Below are positions 9,044 to 18,977 of a stretch of 64,000 nucleotides of DNA, in pieces. Numbering within the stretch: the stretch's first letter is position 1; each line of letters starts with the position of its first letter. The stretch is from an uncultured Chloroflexia bacterium (lineage in GTDB: Bacteria; Chloroflexota; Limnocylindria; Limnocylindrales; CSP1-4): contig CAVTHS010000007.1 of assembly GCA_963734535.1 (NCBI GenBank), positions 209,936 through 273,935 on the forward strand. Direction: 5' to 3'. The translations under genes were made by a program, and so were the position numbers. Below the pieces are notes generated by a model that worked only from the letters and a program-made list of their open reading frames with translations, made no database searches and had not been told where the DNA came from.

Positions 9044-11647
9044 ATGACGTTCGTTCCCGAATCGGGCCGGACGCGCCTCGGGACCAGTGCCCGCCCGGTG
9101 GCGATCGTCCTCGCCGCGCTGCTTCTCGGCGCGTTCGCATTCGCACCGGCCTCGGTCCAGGCGGCCTCTGCGACGATGGCGCCCGCATGCAGTGGCGCGA
9201 ACGTGCGGTCCGGCCCCTCGACGACGGCCGCGGTCAAGGCCAGGCTCTCGACGGGCACGAAGGTCACGACCGTTGCGCTCGTCGCCGGCGGCGCCTGGAA
9301 GGCGGTCTGTGCCGGCGCGAAGTCGGGCTCGAAGTGGTACCGGATCAGCGCCGTCAACGGGAGGGCAGTCCGGTCGCTGTACGGCGTCGCGTACCTCTAC
9401 GCGGCGAGCGGCGTCCTCAAGGGCGTGCCGCCTACCTCCACCGTGCCGCCAACATCGACCGTGCCGCCACCGCAGACCGACGCGGCGGCCGATACCAACG
9501 GCGCCGAGCTCATGCGCCTGATCAATCTCGACCGCACGGCGCTTGGTCTGCCCGCGTACCCGATCGATGCGGGGCTGGCCGCCATCGCCCGGGATGCGCC
9601 GTTCACCTGCCCGACCGACCCGACCCTGGTCCTCCGCGGCCGGGCCGCGGACATGGCCGGCCGCTCGTATTTCGGGCACACGGTCGCGGGGTGCTTCCTG
9701 GCGGGAACCGCCACGCCGTACCCATCCCTGGCGATCGTCCAGACCGTCTTCGGCTACTCGCTGGCGCGGAGCGAGATCCTGCACTGGAACCAGGTCGGAT
9801 CCGCGGCCACCACCTACACCCTCGGCTGCGACATCAACGGGACCGGCTGCACGGGTGGCACCACGATGGCACCCGCCTCCGTCGTGATCGCCCAGCGCAA
9901 TTTCATGGGCTCCTCGTCACATCGGACCTCGGAGCTGGGCGCATTTGGGCGGTTCGGGTGCGGCTCCGCGACGGTGCCCGGCACGACGGCCACCTACTAC
10001 GCTTGCCTCTTCTCCGACAGCGGGTCCAGCTGGACGCCCGGATCTCCACCTGCCGCGCCACCGACCGCCCCGCCGGCGCCCAGCCCGGTCCCGCCCGGCA
10101 CGACGCCGTCTTCCGCCGGCCAGCAGATGGTGCCGGCGTGCGGCGGCGTCAACATCCGGACCGGCGCCTCGACGGGTTCCCCGGTCGCGACGACGCTCGG
10201 CACCACCGACGCGCTCACCGTCGTGGCGACCGTCCCCGGGTCCGGCTGGAGCACCAGCTGCCCGGGCGCGACGTCCGGCTCGACCTGGTACCAGGTCAGC
10301 CAGGTCAACGGGCAACCCGTCTCGACGATCTACGGGGTCGCCGCCCTGTATGCCGCGACCGGCGTCCTCGCACCGGCGCCGACCGCCGTTCCGCCCGTCC
10401 CGGCGCCCGCGACTGGCCCCGCGCCCGTGGGCGCGCCAGCCGCCGGTCCGACGGTGCTCGGCGCGAGCGTGACGTTCTACGGCCGCGGCTCGGGTCACGG
10501 CGTCGGGCTCTCCCAGTACGGTGCCCGCGGCCGAGCGCTCGCCGGCCAGGACGCCGCGACGATCCTCGCCCACTACTACGCCGGGACCACGATCGGGGCC
10601 ATCGATCCCGCGACCCCCATCCGGGTCCTGCTCCTCGCCGGCGGCGCGTTCACGGCCGACAGCCCGCTGATCGTGTTCGGCAGGGGCGGTTCGTGGACCG
10701 TGGACGGCATCGCAGCCGTCTTCCCGGCGGACGCCCGCCTCCGCCTGGTCCCGGTGACCTCCGGGATCGCGACCGCGTGGCGCGTGGTTGTCGACGACGC
10801 CGCCGGGGCCGTCCTCTTCGACGGTGCCGCGCCGGCCGACCTTCGAATCCGCGGGGCGACCCCGGACACGACCCTCCAGCTTCCGGCACGCGCCGCGTCC
10901 TACAACCTCTACCGTGGCAACCTCCACGTGATCACGACAGGCGCGAAGGCTGACGTCGTGAACGAGGTGCGCGTCGAGGATTACCTGCGTGGCGTGGTCC
11001 CGGCCGAGATGCCGTCGACCTGGCCCGCCGCGGCGCTCACAGCCCAGGCGATCGCGGCCCGATCCTACGCGGCCTATCAGCTCCGTCCCGGCGTCTCGAC
11101 GTTCGACGTCTATGACGACACCCGGTCCCAGGTCTACCTCGGCGTCCGCACGGAGGCGCCGGCGATCGACGCCGTCGTTGCCGCGACGGCAGGCCAGGTG
11201 CTCTTCAGCGGCACGCGGATCGCGAACGCGCTGTTCCACTCGGCCGACGGCGGCGCCACGGAGAACAACGAGAACGTCTATGTGAGCGCAACCGGGGCGA
11301 AGGTCGGGACGCCGGTGGCTGCCCTCCGCGGGTCGCCCGACCGGGATCCGAACGGCATTCCCTACGACGCCACGTCCCCGTATGCGACCTGGCAGACGCG
11401 GACGTACACGCCGGCCCAGCTCTCGGCGATCTTCGCCGTCGACGCCCGCACCAACGTGGGAACCCTGTCCGCGCTCGACCTCCACGACCGCGGGGTCTCG
11501 GGCCGCCTCGTCAGCGTCACGCTGGTCGGCTCGGCCGGCACGAGGACGGTCTCGGGAACGGTCTTCATCGCGGCCTTCAACGCGGGGCGGCCCGCGGGGG
11601 ACCCGATGGCCAGGAGCACGCTGCTCGACCTCGTCCCGATCCCCTGA
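9044..11647 (+). CDS. Secreted SH3b-CAP-SH3b-SpoIID/LytB multidomain cell-wall enzyme
   Basis: Signal peptide; two SH3-like repeats (NVRSGPST, NIRTGAST); CAP-like LMRLINLDR...FMGSSSHR; SpoIID motifs GSGHGVGLSQYGA, EDYLRGVVPAEMP, AQAIAARSYA; alternative GTG start at 9035. Confidence 0.85.
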   Translation: MTFVPESGRTRLGTSARPVAIVLAALLLGAFAFAPASVQAASATMAPACSGANVRSGPSTTAAVKARLSTGTKVTTVALVAGGAWKAVCAGAKSGSKWYRISAVNGRAVRSLYGVAYLYAASGVLKGVPPTSTVPPTSTVPPPQTDAAADTNGAELMRLINLDRTALGLPAYPIDAGLAAIARDAPFTCPTDPTLVLRGRAADMAGRSYFGHTVAGCFLAGTATPYPSLAIVQTVFGYSLARSEILHWNQVGSAATTYTLGCDINGTGCTGGTTMAPASVVIAQRNFMGSSSHRTSELGAFGRFGCGSATVPGTTATYYACLFSDSGSSWTPGSPPAAPPTAPPAPSPVPPGTTPSSAGQQMVPACGGVNIRTGASTGSPVATTLGTTDALTVVATVPGSGWSTSCPGATSGSTWYQVSQVNGQPVSTIYGVAALYAATGVLAPAPTAVPPVPAPATGPAPVGAPAAGPTVLGASVTFYGRGSGHGVGLSQYGARGRALAGQDAATILAHYYAGTTIGAIDPATPIRVLLLAGGAFTADSPLIVFGRGGSWTVDGIAAVFPADARLRLVPVTSGIATAWRVVVDDAAGAVLFDGAAPADLRIRGATPDTTLQLPARAASYNLYRGNLHVITTGAKADVVNEVRVEDYLRGVVPAEMPSTWPAAALTAQAIAARSYAAYQLRPGVSTFDVYDDTRSQVYLGVRTEAPAIDAVVAATAGQVLFSGTRIANALFHSADGGATENNENVYVSATGAKVGTPVAALRGSPDRDPNGIPYDATSPYATWQTRTYTPAQLSAIFAVDARTNVGTLSALDLHDRGVSGRLVSVTLVGSAGTRTVSGTVFIAAFNAGRPAGDPMARSTLLDLVPIP

Positions 11648-11662
11648 GGCGCGGGCGGCGCG

Positions 11663-12670
11663 TCAGCGATCCGGCGCGGGACCTCCAGCCCGATCGTCCG
11701 GGGCGGGATCGGGCGCGCCCGACAGTCGGACCACTGCCTCCCACAGGCGGCGGCGATCGGCCGCGCCGAGACGGGTTCCGGGGATGCGGTCGAACGGACG
11801 CGGCCGGCGATCCAGGTAGAGCGCCCCGCTCGTCGCAGCCCCGGCCGGGTCCGCGGCGAGCCAGACGATGGTGTCGGCCCCTTGCGCGGGCGTTCGGAGC
11901 AGCGGCCGCATCGCGCGGTGGAAGCCCGGCAGCGTCTCCGCCAGGCCCGGCGTGTCGGCCCAGCCCGGGTGCATGGCGCTGAACGTGATGCCGGTCCCGC
12001 GCAGGCGGCGAGCCCACTCGCGGACGAGGGCCGTCTGGGCGCGCTTCGCCCGAGCGTAGGCCCGGGAGCCGGAGAACGGCCCGCCCGACGATTGCAGGTC
12101 GTCGAGGTCCAGCTTCTGGCTGTACATGCCGCCGGACGTCACGGAGATCACCCTCGCGGCCGGCGTGCGTCGAAGCAGGGGCAGGAGCCCCGAGACCAGG
12201 ACGAACGGGCCCACGACGAGGACGGCCAGGGTCGCCTCGATCCCGTCCGGCCCGAGGCGCCGCTCGGGGAAGATCGCCCCCGCGTTGTCGATCAGCACGT
12301 CGAGCCTGGCCTCGGTCGCGTCGACGCGGCGCACGGCGTCGCGAATGGAGTCGAGGGATCCCATGTCGGCCACGACGATCGGGAAGCGGTCCTCGCCGTG
12401 CCGTGTGACCAGGGCATCGCGGACGGCCGCGAGACGCTCCTCGCTCCGGCCGACGAGGACGATCCTCGCGCCGAGCGCCGCGAGCGCATCGGTCGCCGCT
12501 CGCCCCAGCCCCGACGTGGGCCCGGTCACGAGGACCGTCCTGCCCTCGAGCGCGCCATCCGGCGGCGGCTCCCATCCGAATAGCTGTCGACGGAGCGCGA
12601 TTCCCACCCGGGAGAAGCTGCCGGCGATCGAAATCTCGAGGCAATCGTCGACCAGCGACGCGACATCCAT
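11663..12670 (-). CDS. SDR family oxidoreductase (DHRS12-like)
   Basis: VLVTGPTSGLG, DNAG, YARAK catalytic YxxxK, MHPGWADTPG; start taken at MDVASL. Confidence 0.88.
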   Translation of the reverse strand: MDVASLVDDCLEISIAGSFSRVGIALRRQLFGWEPPPDGALEGRTVLVTGPTSGLGRAATDALAALGARIVLVGRSEERLAAVRDALVTRHGEDRFPIVVADMGSLDSIRDAVRRVDATEARLDVLIDNAGAIFPERRLGPDGIEATLAVLVVGPFVLVSGLLPLLRRTPAARVISVTSGGMYSQKLDLDDLQSSGGPFSGSRAYARAKRAQTALVREWARRLRGTGITFSAMHPGWADTPGLAETLPGFHRAMRPLLRTPAQGADTIVWLAADPAGAATSGALYLDRRPRPFDRIPGTRLGAADRRRLWEAVVRLSGAPDPAPDDRAGGPAPDR

Positions 12671-12764
12671 GAAGCACCCTCCAGGTTGGTGGCTGCGGTC
12701 CGGGCGGCGGATGCCCGCCCCGGGTTCCAGGCGCCGACCTGGCCTCCCCGCATCGGAGCCGAAG

Positions 12765-13247
12765 ATGACCAGGTTGCACCAACAGATCGAAACTCGACTG
12801 CCGCTGGATGCCGCGTTTGCGTTCGTCGCCGATTTCGCGAACGCCATGCACTGGGATCCCGGAGTCGCCACGTCCGAGTCCATCGACGCGGCGCCGACCG
12901 GGCTCGGCGCCCGGTACCGGCTCGGCGTTCGGATGCGCGGACGGGTCACCCCGATGGAGTACCGGATCACGACGTTCGAAGCGCCCCGCCGGGTGGTGCT
13001 CACGGGCACGGGTCCCGGGATCTCCGCGATCGACGAGATCCGTTTCGAGGCTGTCGGGACCGTCACCCGGATCGACTATACGGCCGACATCCGGCTCGGT
13101 GGCTTGCCGCGGCTCGCGCAGCCCTTCCTGGGCGGGGCCTTCGCGAGGCTTGCGCACGAGGCGATCGACGGGATGCGGCGGGCGCTGGACGCGCGCGCGG
13201 TCGAGCGTGATGCTGCGCACGCCAGCGCGGCCACGTCGCCTCGATGA
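12765..13247 (+). CDS. SRPBCC (START-like) family protein
   Basis: [18 protein letters not shown]...GLGARY...[16 protein letters not shown]; overlaps next gene (ATGA). Confidence 0.85.
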   Translation: MTRLHQQIETRLPLDAAFAFVADFANAMHWDPGVATSESIDAAPTGLGARYRLGVRMRGRVTPMEYRITTFEAPRRVVLTGTGPGISAIDEIRFEAVGTVTRIDYTADIRLGGLPRLAQPFLGGAFARLAHEAIDGMRRALDARAVERDAAHASAATSPR

Positions 13248-14518
13248 AGGTCGCCGTGGTCGGGTCCGGGGTCAGCGGGCTGACCGCCGCCTATGCGCTC
13301 CACCGGGACGGGCACCAGGTCCACCTCTTCGAGCGTGAGCCGGCGGTCGGCGGCCACGTCCGGACGGTCGTGGTTCCAACGGACCGCGGTCCGGTCCCTG
13401 TCGACACCGGGTTCATCGTCTACAACGAGCGGACGTACCCCCAATTCGTCGGCCTCCTCGCCGAGCTGGGCGTGGAGACACAGCCAAGCGACATGTCGCT
13501 TGGCTCGGCCTGTCGCGACTGCGGCGTCGAGTTCAGCTCGCGCGGCGCGCGCGGCCTGTTCGCCATCCCGGCGTCGGTGGCCCGCCCGGGGCACTGGCGG
13601 ATGCTCGTGGACGTGGTCCGCTTCTACGCGGACGCACGACGGATCCTCGACACGAACCCGCCGTCCGGCCTGACGCTGGGCGAGTACCTCGACGCGGGTG
13701 GTTACGGGACGGGCTTCCGCAACCATTTCCTCGTCCCGATCACCGCGGCGGTCTGGTCCACTGCCCCGCAACGGGCGCTCGAGTTCCCGTTGGACTACCT
13801 GCTCCACTTCCTCGACAACCATGGGCTGATCGGCCTGGGCCGCGCGCCCCAATGGCGGACGATCCGAGGCGGCTCCCACGAATACGTGGCGCGGATCATC
13901 GCGTCCCTCCCCGCGGGTGCCGTGAGCACCGACGATCCGGTGCTCGGCGTCAGCCGGGACCAGGCAGGCGTCACGATCCGGACCGCGCGCCGGCCGCCGC
14001 AGCGCTTCGACGCGGTCGTGCTCGCCTCGCACGCGGACGATGCCCTGCGCACGCTCGGGGATGCGGACGACGCGGAGCGGGCGGCACTGGCCGGCTTCGA
14101 CTACACGCCGAACGAGGTGGTGCTGCATACGGACGAGCGGGTGATGCCGCGGAGCGGGAACGCATGGGCGTCGTGGAACGTGGAACAGCCCGCCTGTGCG
14201 CGCCCCGGCGGTGCCGTCACGATGACCTACCACATGAACCGCCTGCAGACGCTCCCCGGCCCCGAGCAGTACTTCGTGTCGCTCAATCCTGGTGCGCGCG
14301 TCCGGCCCGAGCGGGTGATCGTGACGCGCGAGTTCACCCATCCGCTCTACACGTTCGGGACGCTCGGGGCCCAGCGCGCCGTCGGGGCGCTGCAGGGACA
14401 TCGGAGGACGTACTACGCGGGGGCACACCTCGGCTACGGCTTCCACGAGGACGGCTGTCGATCGGGCTACGAGGTCGCCGCGATGCTGTCGTCGGCCGCG
14501 GAGGAGCGAGCCGCATGA
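13244..14518 (+). CDS. FAD-dependent oxidoreductase (COG2907; UfaD-like fatty acyl desaturase)
   Basis: [44 protein letters not shown]. Confidence 0.88.
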   Translation: MKVAVVGSGVSGLTAAYALHRDGHQVHLFEREPAVGGHVRTVVVPTDRGPVPVDTGFIVYNERTYPQFVGLLAELGVETQPSDMSLGSACRDCGVEFSSRGARGLFAIPASVARPGHWRMLVDVVRFYADARRILDTNPPSGLTLGEYLDAGGYGTGFRNHFLVPITAAVWSTAPQRALEFPLDYLLHFLDNHGLIGLGRAPQWRTIRGGSHEYVARIIASLPAGAVSTDDPVLGVSRDQAGVTIRTARRPPQRFDAVVLASHADDALRTLGDADDAERAALAGFDYTPNEVVLHTDERVMPRSGNAWASWNVEQPACARPGGAVTMTYHMNRLQTLPGPEQYFVSLNPGARVRPERVIVTREFTHPLYTFGTLGAQRAVGALQGHRRTYYAGAHLGYGFHEDGCRSGYEVAAMLSSAAEERAA

Positions 14519-15297
14519 ACTCACACCTGCTCGAAGGGAAGGTCACCCACCGCCGCACGCGCCCGTTCACGTACCGGCTGGACCACGCGGTCTTCTACGT
14601 TGCGCTCGACCTCGGCGAGCTCGACGAGGCGGCACGAACGCTCCGGCTGGTCAGCCGCAACCGCCGGAACGTCCTTTCCTTCCGGGACGGCGATCACCTC
14701 GACCCGCCGGCGGTCGACCTCGCCGCTCGGATCCGGCAGCACCTCCGCGACGACGGCGTGGAGCCCGACGGATGGGAGGTGACCCTCGTCACCAGCCTGC
14801 GGGTCTTCGGCTACGTCTTCAACCCCGCCAGCTTCTACCTCTGCCGCGACGCGGACGGCCAGCTCCGCGTGGTCGTCATCGAGGTCCACAACACGCATGG
14901 CGAGCGGCACCTGTACACGCTGCGGACCGAGCGGCGCGGCGCCTGGCACGTCGCCTCGATGGCCAAGGCGTTCTACGTCTCCCCCTTCATCGAGATGGAG
15001 GGCCGGTACGTCGTTCGCGTGCGCGACGATGCGCACGGTCTCCGGATCGGCATCGACGAGAGCCAGGACGGAGCGACGGTGCTCCACACCAGCCTGGTGC
15101 TCGCGCGGGTCCCGCTCACCGACCGGGCGATCGCCCGGATGCTGGTTCGCCACCCGTTCGTGACCCAGAAGACGATCGCGGCGATCCACCTGCACGCCTG
15201 GCGGCTCTGGCGTCGTGGGGCCCGCTTCCATCGTCACGGGGAGGCCACGCGCCGCGACGGGGACGTGCTGCGAAGCCCGGCGGAGGCGCCTCGATGA
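14515..15297 (+). CDS. DUF1365 family protein (UfaO-like)
   Basis: [44 protein letters not shown]. Confidence 0.9.
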   Translation: MNSHLLEGKVTHRRTRPFTYRLDHAVFYVALDLGELDEAARTLRLVSRNRRNVLSFRDGDHLDPPAVDLAARIRQHLRDDGVEPDGWEVTLVTSLRVFGYVFNPASFYLCRDADGQLRVVVIEVHNTHGERHLYTLRTERRGAWHVASMAKAFYVSPFIEMEGRYVVRVRDDAHGLRIGIDESQDGATVLHTSLVLARVPLTDRAIARMLVRHPFVTQKTIAAIHLHAWRLWRRGARFHRHGEATRRDGDVLRSPAEAPR

Positions 15298-16536
15298 GCG
15301 AACGGCAGGCAGCCCGGAACCGGCCGGGCGCGGCAGAGCCGATCCTGGCGGGCGTCGCGCAGCGGATCGGGCTCGCGGCCGCGGAGCGGATCCGGACCGG
15401 CTGCCTGGTCGTCGTGCTTCCCGATGGGTCGCGCCGCGTGTTCGGCAACGCCCAGTCGGCGCGTCGCGGCGAGATCCGGATCCACGATTCGCGAGCCCTG
15501 GTTCGCGCCCTCGTGAACGGCGAGACCGGGCTCGGCGAGGCGTATGTCGACGGGCTCTGGTCGAGCCCGGACCTCGTCGCCCTCATCGAGCTCGCGGCCC
15601 TGAACCGGGCGTCGCTCGCGCTGTCCGCCGGCTGGTGGCGAGCGCCGACCCAGCTCGCCCGGACGCTGGCCCACCGGGCGCGGCGCAACACGCGGAGGCA
15701 GAGCCGTCGCAACATCGCGGCGCATTACGACCTGGGCAACGACTTCTACCGGCTCTTCCTCGACGAGACGATGACGTACTCGAGTGCGGTCTTCGCCTCG
15801 CCCGACCAGCCGCTCGCCGACGCCCAGCGCAACAAGTACCGGCTCATGGCCGAGCGCGCCGGCCTCGTCCGCGGCATGCACGTGCTGGAGATCGGCACCG
15901 GGTGGGGCGGGTTCGCGCTCTACGCCGCGGGCGAGCTCGGTTGCCGCGTGACGACGATCACGATCTCGCAGGCCCAGGCGGACGCTTGCCCGGGAGCGCG
16001 TCCGGGACGCGAGCCTCGACGGGCTCGTCGACGTCCAGCTGCGCGACTACCGCGAGATCGTCGGCACCTTCGACGCGATCGTCTCGATCGAGATGCTCGA
16101 GGCGGTTGGCGCCGAATACCTCGCCACGTTCTTCGAGGCGTGCGACCGCGCGCTGGCGCCAGGCGGCAGGCTCAGCCTCCAGTCGATCACGTTCCCGGAC
16201 GCCGCCTACGAGACCCAGCGCCGGGGCGCCAACTGGATCCAGCAGTACATCTTCCCGGGTGGCCTGTGCCCATCCCTGGCCGTGATCGAGCGGGCGACGC
16301 GGGCTACGAACCTCCGCATCACGCGGGTCGACGACATCGGCCAGCACTACGCGGCCACGCTCCGCGCGTGGCGCGAACGCTTCCTGGAGCGGGTGGCAGC
16401 GGTCCGCGCGCTCGGCTTCGACGGCCGGTTCGTGCGGACGTGGGAGTACTACCTGGCCCTGAGCGAGGCGGCGTTCGCCACCGGGACGACGCAGGACCTG
16501 CAGGTGGTGTTCGAGAAGGGTCGCAGGGTCGCGTAG
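15294..16536 (+). pseudogene. cfa: Cfa-family SAM-dependent fatty acid methyltransferase with +1 frameshift near 15984 (possible sequencing error)
   Basis: NIAAHYDLGNDFY, MTYSSA, LEIGTGWG in one frame; LRDYR, SIEMLEAVG, YIFPGG, WEYYLA continue in the +1 frame. Confidence 0.85.
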
Positions 16537-16707
16537 CGGCCCTTCCTCATCCCGGCGGCTCGAGCGGGACGCCGGCAGCTCACGGCTCCGCCGTCGCTGC
16601 TGGCACGCCTGTCAGCCGCGAGGCGGCGGGCAACGATCGGCCGTGGAACGCCACCGGCGTTGGCGGGAGTCTTCCGTTACGCTCCGCGCGCCCAGAAAGG
16701 AGCACTC

Positions 16708-17664
16708 GTGCCCCCAGATCCGTTCCCGCGCGCGGCGCTCGCGACGAATCGCTCCGGCCGCCTCACGCCCGACCAGACCGTCTTCTACCGCGAGGAGGCG
16801 GCTTCGGACCGTCGAAACCTGCTCATGGCCGGGCTGGTCATTGCGGCCCTGGGAACTGCGCTCGTCATCGGCTCGATCACCGGTCGGATCACGAGCGGGC
16901 GGCTGGAGTCGCTCGGGATCGGCGCGGCGCTGCTTGCGGTCGGCGCCGCGGTGGCGTGGTTCGGGGGGATCCGCGGATCGCGGGCCAAGGCCGCGGCCGC
17001 AGGCGCGGGACGCGTGACGTCCATCGATGGGCCGATCCGGCGGGAGCGGCGGGACCGGCGGGATGATGGATTGGGCGACTCGGGCCACATCAGCCCGGGG
17101 AACGAGTACGCGTACTACCTGCTGGTCGGCGACCGGAGCTTCTCCGTCTCCCGGGACCAGTGGGACGCCGCGCCCCAGGACGGCGTCGCGCGCGTCTACC
17201 TGCTGGGCGACTCGGACCGGATCGTCAACCTGGAGCGGATCGCCGACGGCCCACCGCCGCAGGTCCCCGGCCTCGTTCGCGCTGCTCTCGAGCTCGCGAC
17301 GAGCTCCCCGGACCCGGCCAGGGCGGAGGAGGCGCGGGCCATGCTGCGCCAGGCAGACGCGGTGTCGGCCGTCGCCGGGGGCTCGTCTGGCGCGCCTGCC
17401 CCGGGTCTGGCGCCCGCCGTCCCGCTCGAGCAGGCCATCCTCGGGACGTGGCAGAGCGACCTGGCCGGCATGACGTACGAGTTCCGGGCCGACGGTTCGG
17501 CCTCGGCGGGCTCCGCGCGCCATGGCGTCCGCGAGCAGCGCTGGTCGATCGCCGGTCCCGCCGCGATCCGGGTGGACGACTCGACGGTCCACGTCGCCGT
17601 CGATGGCGACGTCCTGTCGCTCGGCGAGCCGCCGCGGTCCCTCACGTTCCACCGCGTGGGCTGA
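16708..17664 (+). CDS. Hypothetical membrane protein (two TM helices plus soluble C-terminal part)
   Basis: AGGAG RBS before GTG 16708; two hydrophobic stretches; GC3-rich codons. Confidence 0.65.
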   Translation: MPPDPFPRAALATNRSGRLTPDQTVFYREEAASDRRNLLMAGLVIAALGTALVIGSITGRITSGRLESLGIGAALLAVGAAVAWFGGIRGSRAKAAAAGAGRVTSIDGPIRRERRDRRDDGLGDSGHISPGNEYAYYLLVGDRSFSVSRDQWDAAPQDGVARVYLLGDSDRIVNLERIADGPPPQVPGLVRAALELATSSPDPARAEEARAMLRQADAVSAVAGGSSGAPAPGLAPAVPLEQAILGTWQSDLAGMTYEFRADGSASAGSARHGVREQRWSIAGPAAIRVDDSTVHVAVDGDVLSLGEPPRSLTFHRVG

Positions 17665-17744
17665 CGCCGGGTCTCCAGGGCGTACCGGAGCCTCGGCATG
17701 GGGGTTCCAGCATGAGCGAACACGAGCGAAGGGTCCGGCGCGTG

Positions 17745-18869
17745 CTACCGCGCCGTCACCTCCACCGCGTAGCCCTCGGCCTCCTCGTCGTAGCCCCCGT
17801 GGTAGCCGGAGGCATCGGGCCGGCCGATCTGCGAGTGCGGGACCACGCGGCCGCGACGCAGACCCCGGAAGTCCGCGAGCGAGGTCCAGCCGCGATCGGC
17901 GTTCCGCTCGATGAACTCGGTCATCCCGCGCGCGAGGGCGGCGATCACGTTCGGTCCGATGGCATGGTCGAGCATCGCCGCGGTCGCGACCTGCACCGTG
18001 CCGCATCCCAGCAGGAAGTAGCTCAGCGCCTGGTCGAAGCCTGAGATGCCGCCGATGCCGGACAGCTCGCCGTCGGGGAAGGCCTGCGTCAGCTGGGCCA
18101 TCTTGGCCAGCGATTGGGGCAGGATCGCGGGGCCACCGAGGCCGCCCGATGCGACGTACCCATCCACGTTGATCTCGAAGTCGAGCGTCGCCGGGTCGAA
18201 CAGCGGCAGCGCCGGGAACGTGTTCGATGACGAGATCGCATCGGCCCCGCCGAGGAAGGTTGCCGTCGCCTCCTCGACGATGTCCGCTGTCGCCGGGGTG
18301 AGCTTCACCCAGACCGGCACCCGCGCCACGGCCTTGACGGCCTGCGTGGAGACGGAGCACAGCACCGGGTCCCTGCCGACGTTCGAGCCCATGTCCACCC
18401 GGTCCATGTGAGGGCACGAGAAGTTGAGCTCGATGGCGTCCACGCCCGCGTCCTGCACCGCCTGGGTCAGGACCTGCCAGTTGTGGAGCTCCTTGTCGGT
18501 GCCCGAGCCTGCCATGATCGAGGCGACGAGGACCCGGTTCGGCCAGGCCTTCTTGATGGCCTCGAGGCGTGGGACCCACCAGTCGAGCGTCTTGTCGGAG
18601 ATCAGCTCCCAGTTCCACGACGCCATGAGCGTCGTGTCCGGGCGCTTCGCCATCGACAGACTTCCCTCGAAGTCGGCGCGCAGGAACTTCGTCTTCGGGC
18701 CTCGGACGTTCGTCACCGGATGCAGGCCGATCGTCTTCGTGACCACGCCGCCCCATCCGGCTTCGTAGGCGCGCAGGATGTTCGACTCGGACTCCGCGGG
18801 TGGGGCCGACGCGAGCAGGAACGGGTTCTCGAACCGGATGCCCGTGAAGACGGTCGAGAGGTCGGCCAC
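17745..18869 (-). CDS. preA: Dihydropyrimidine dehydrogenase FMN subunit (PreA/PYD1-like)
   Basis: NPFLLASAPP, GWGGVVTKT, WNWELISD, ELNFSCPH, VWVKLTP, SGIGGI. Confidence 0.85.
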   Translation of the reverse strand: MADLSTVFTGIRFENPFLLASAPPAESESNILRAYEAGWGGVVTKTIGLHPVTNVRGPKTKFLRADFEGSLSMAKRPDTTLMASWNWELISDKTLDWWVPRLEAIKKAWPNRVLVASIMAGSGTDKELHNWQVLTQAVQDAGVDAIELNFSCPHMDRVDMGSNVGRDPVLCSVSTQAVKAVARVPVWVKLTPATADIVEEATATFLGGADAISSSNTFPALPLFDPATLDFEINVDGYVASGGLGGPAILPQSLAKMAQLTQAFPDGELSGIGGISGFDQALSYFLLGCGTVQVATAAMLDHAIGPNVIAALARGMTEFIERNADRGWTSLADFRGLRRGRVVPHSQIGRPDASGYHGGYDEEAEGYAVEVTAR

Positions 18870-18977
18870 GGGATACCCCCTTGCGAGACTCGAGGACCGG
18901 CGTGTCCGGCCGGCACGCGGCCGGACTAGGGTCCGTTCCCCGCGGCGGTCCGTCAAGCCCGGACCGTCAAGCCCCTC

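Noticed and set aside
9044-11647. Endospore formation inferred from SpoIID
   Set aside because: SpoIID/LytB domains are widespread wall enzymes; no other sporulation genes are present.
14772-17066. 764-aa ORF
   Set aside because: Only 15294-15984 is cfa coding; the rest is off-frame read-through.
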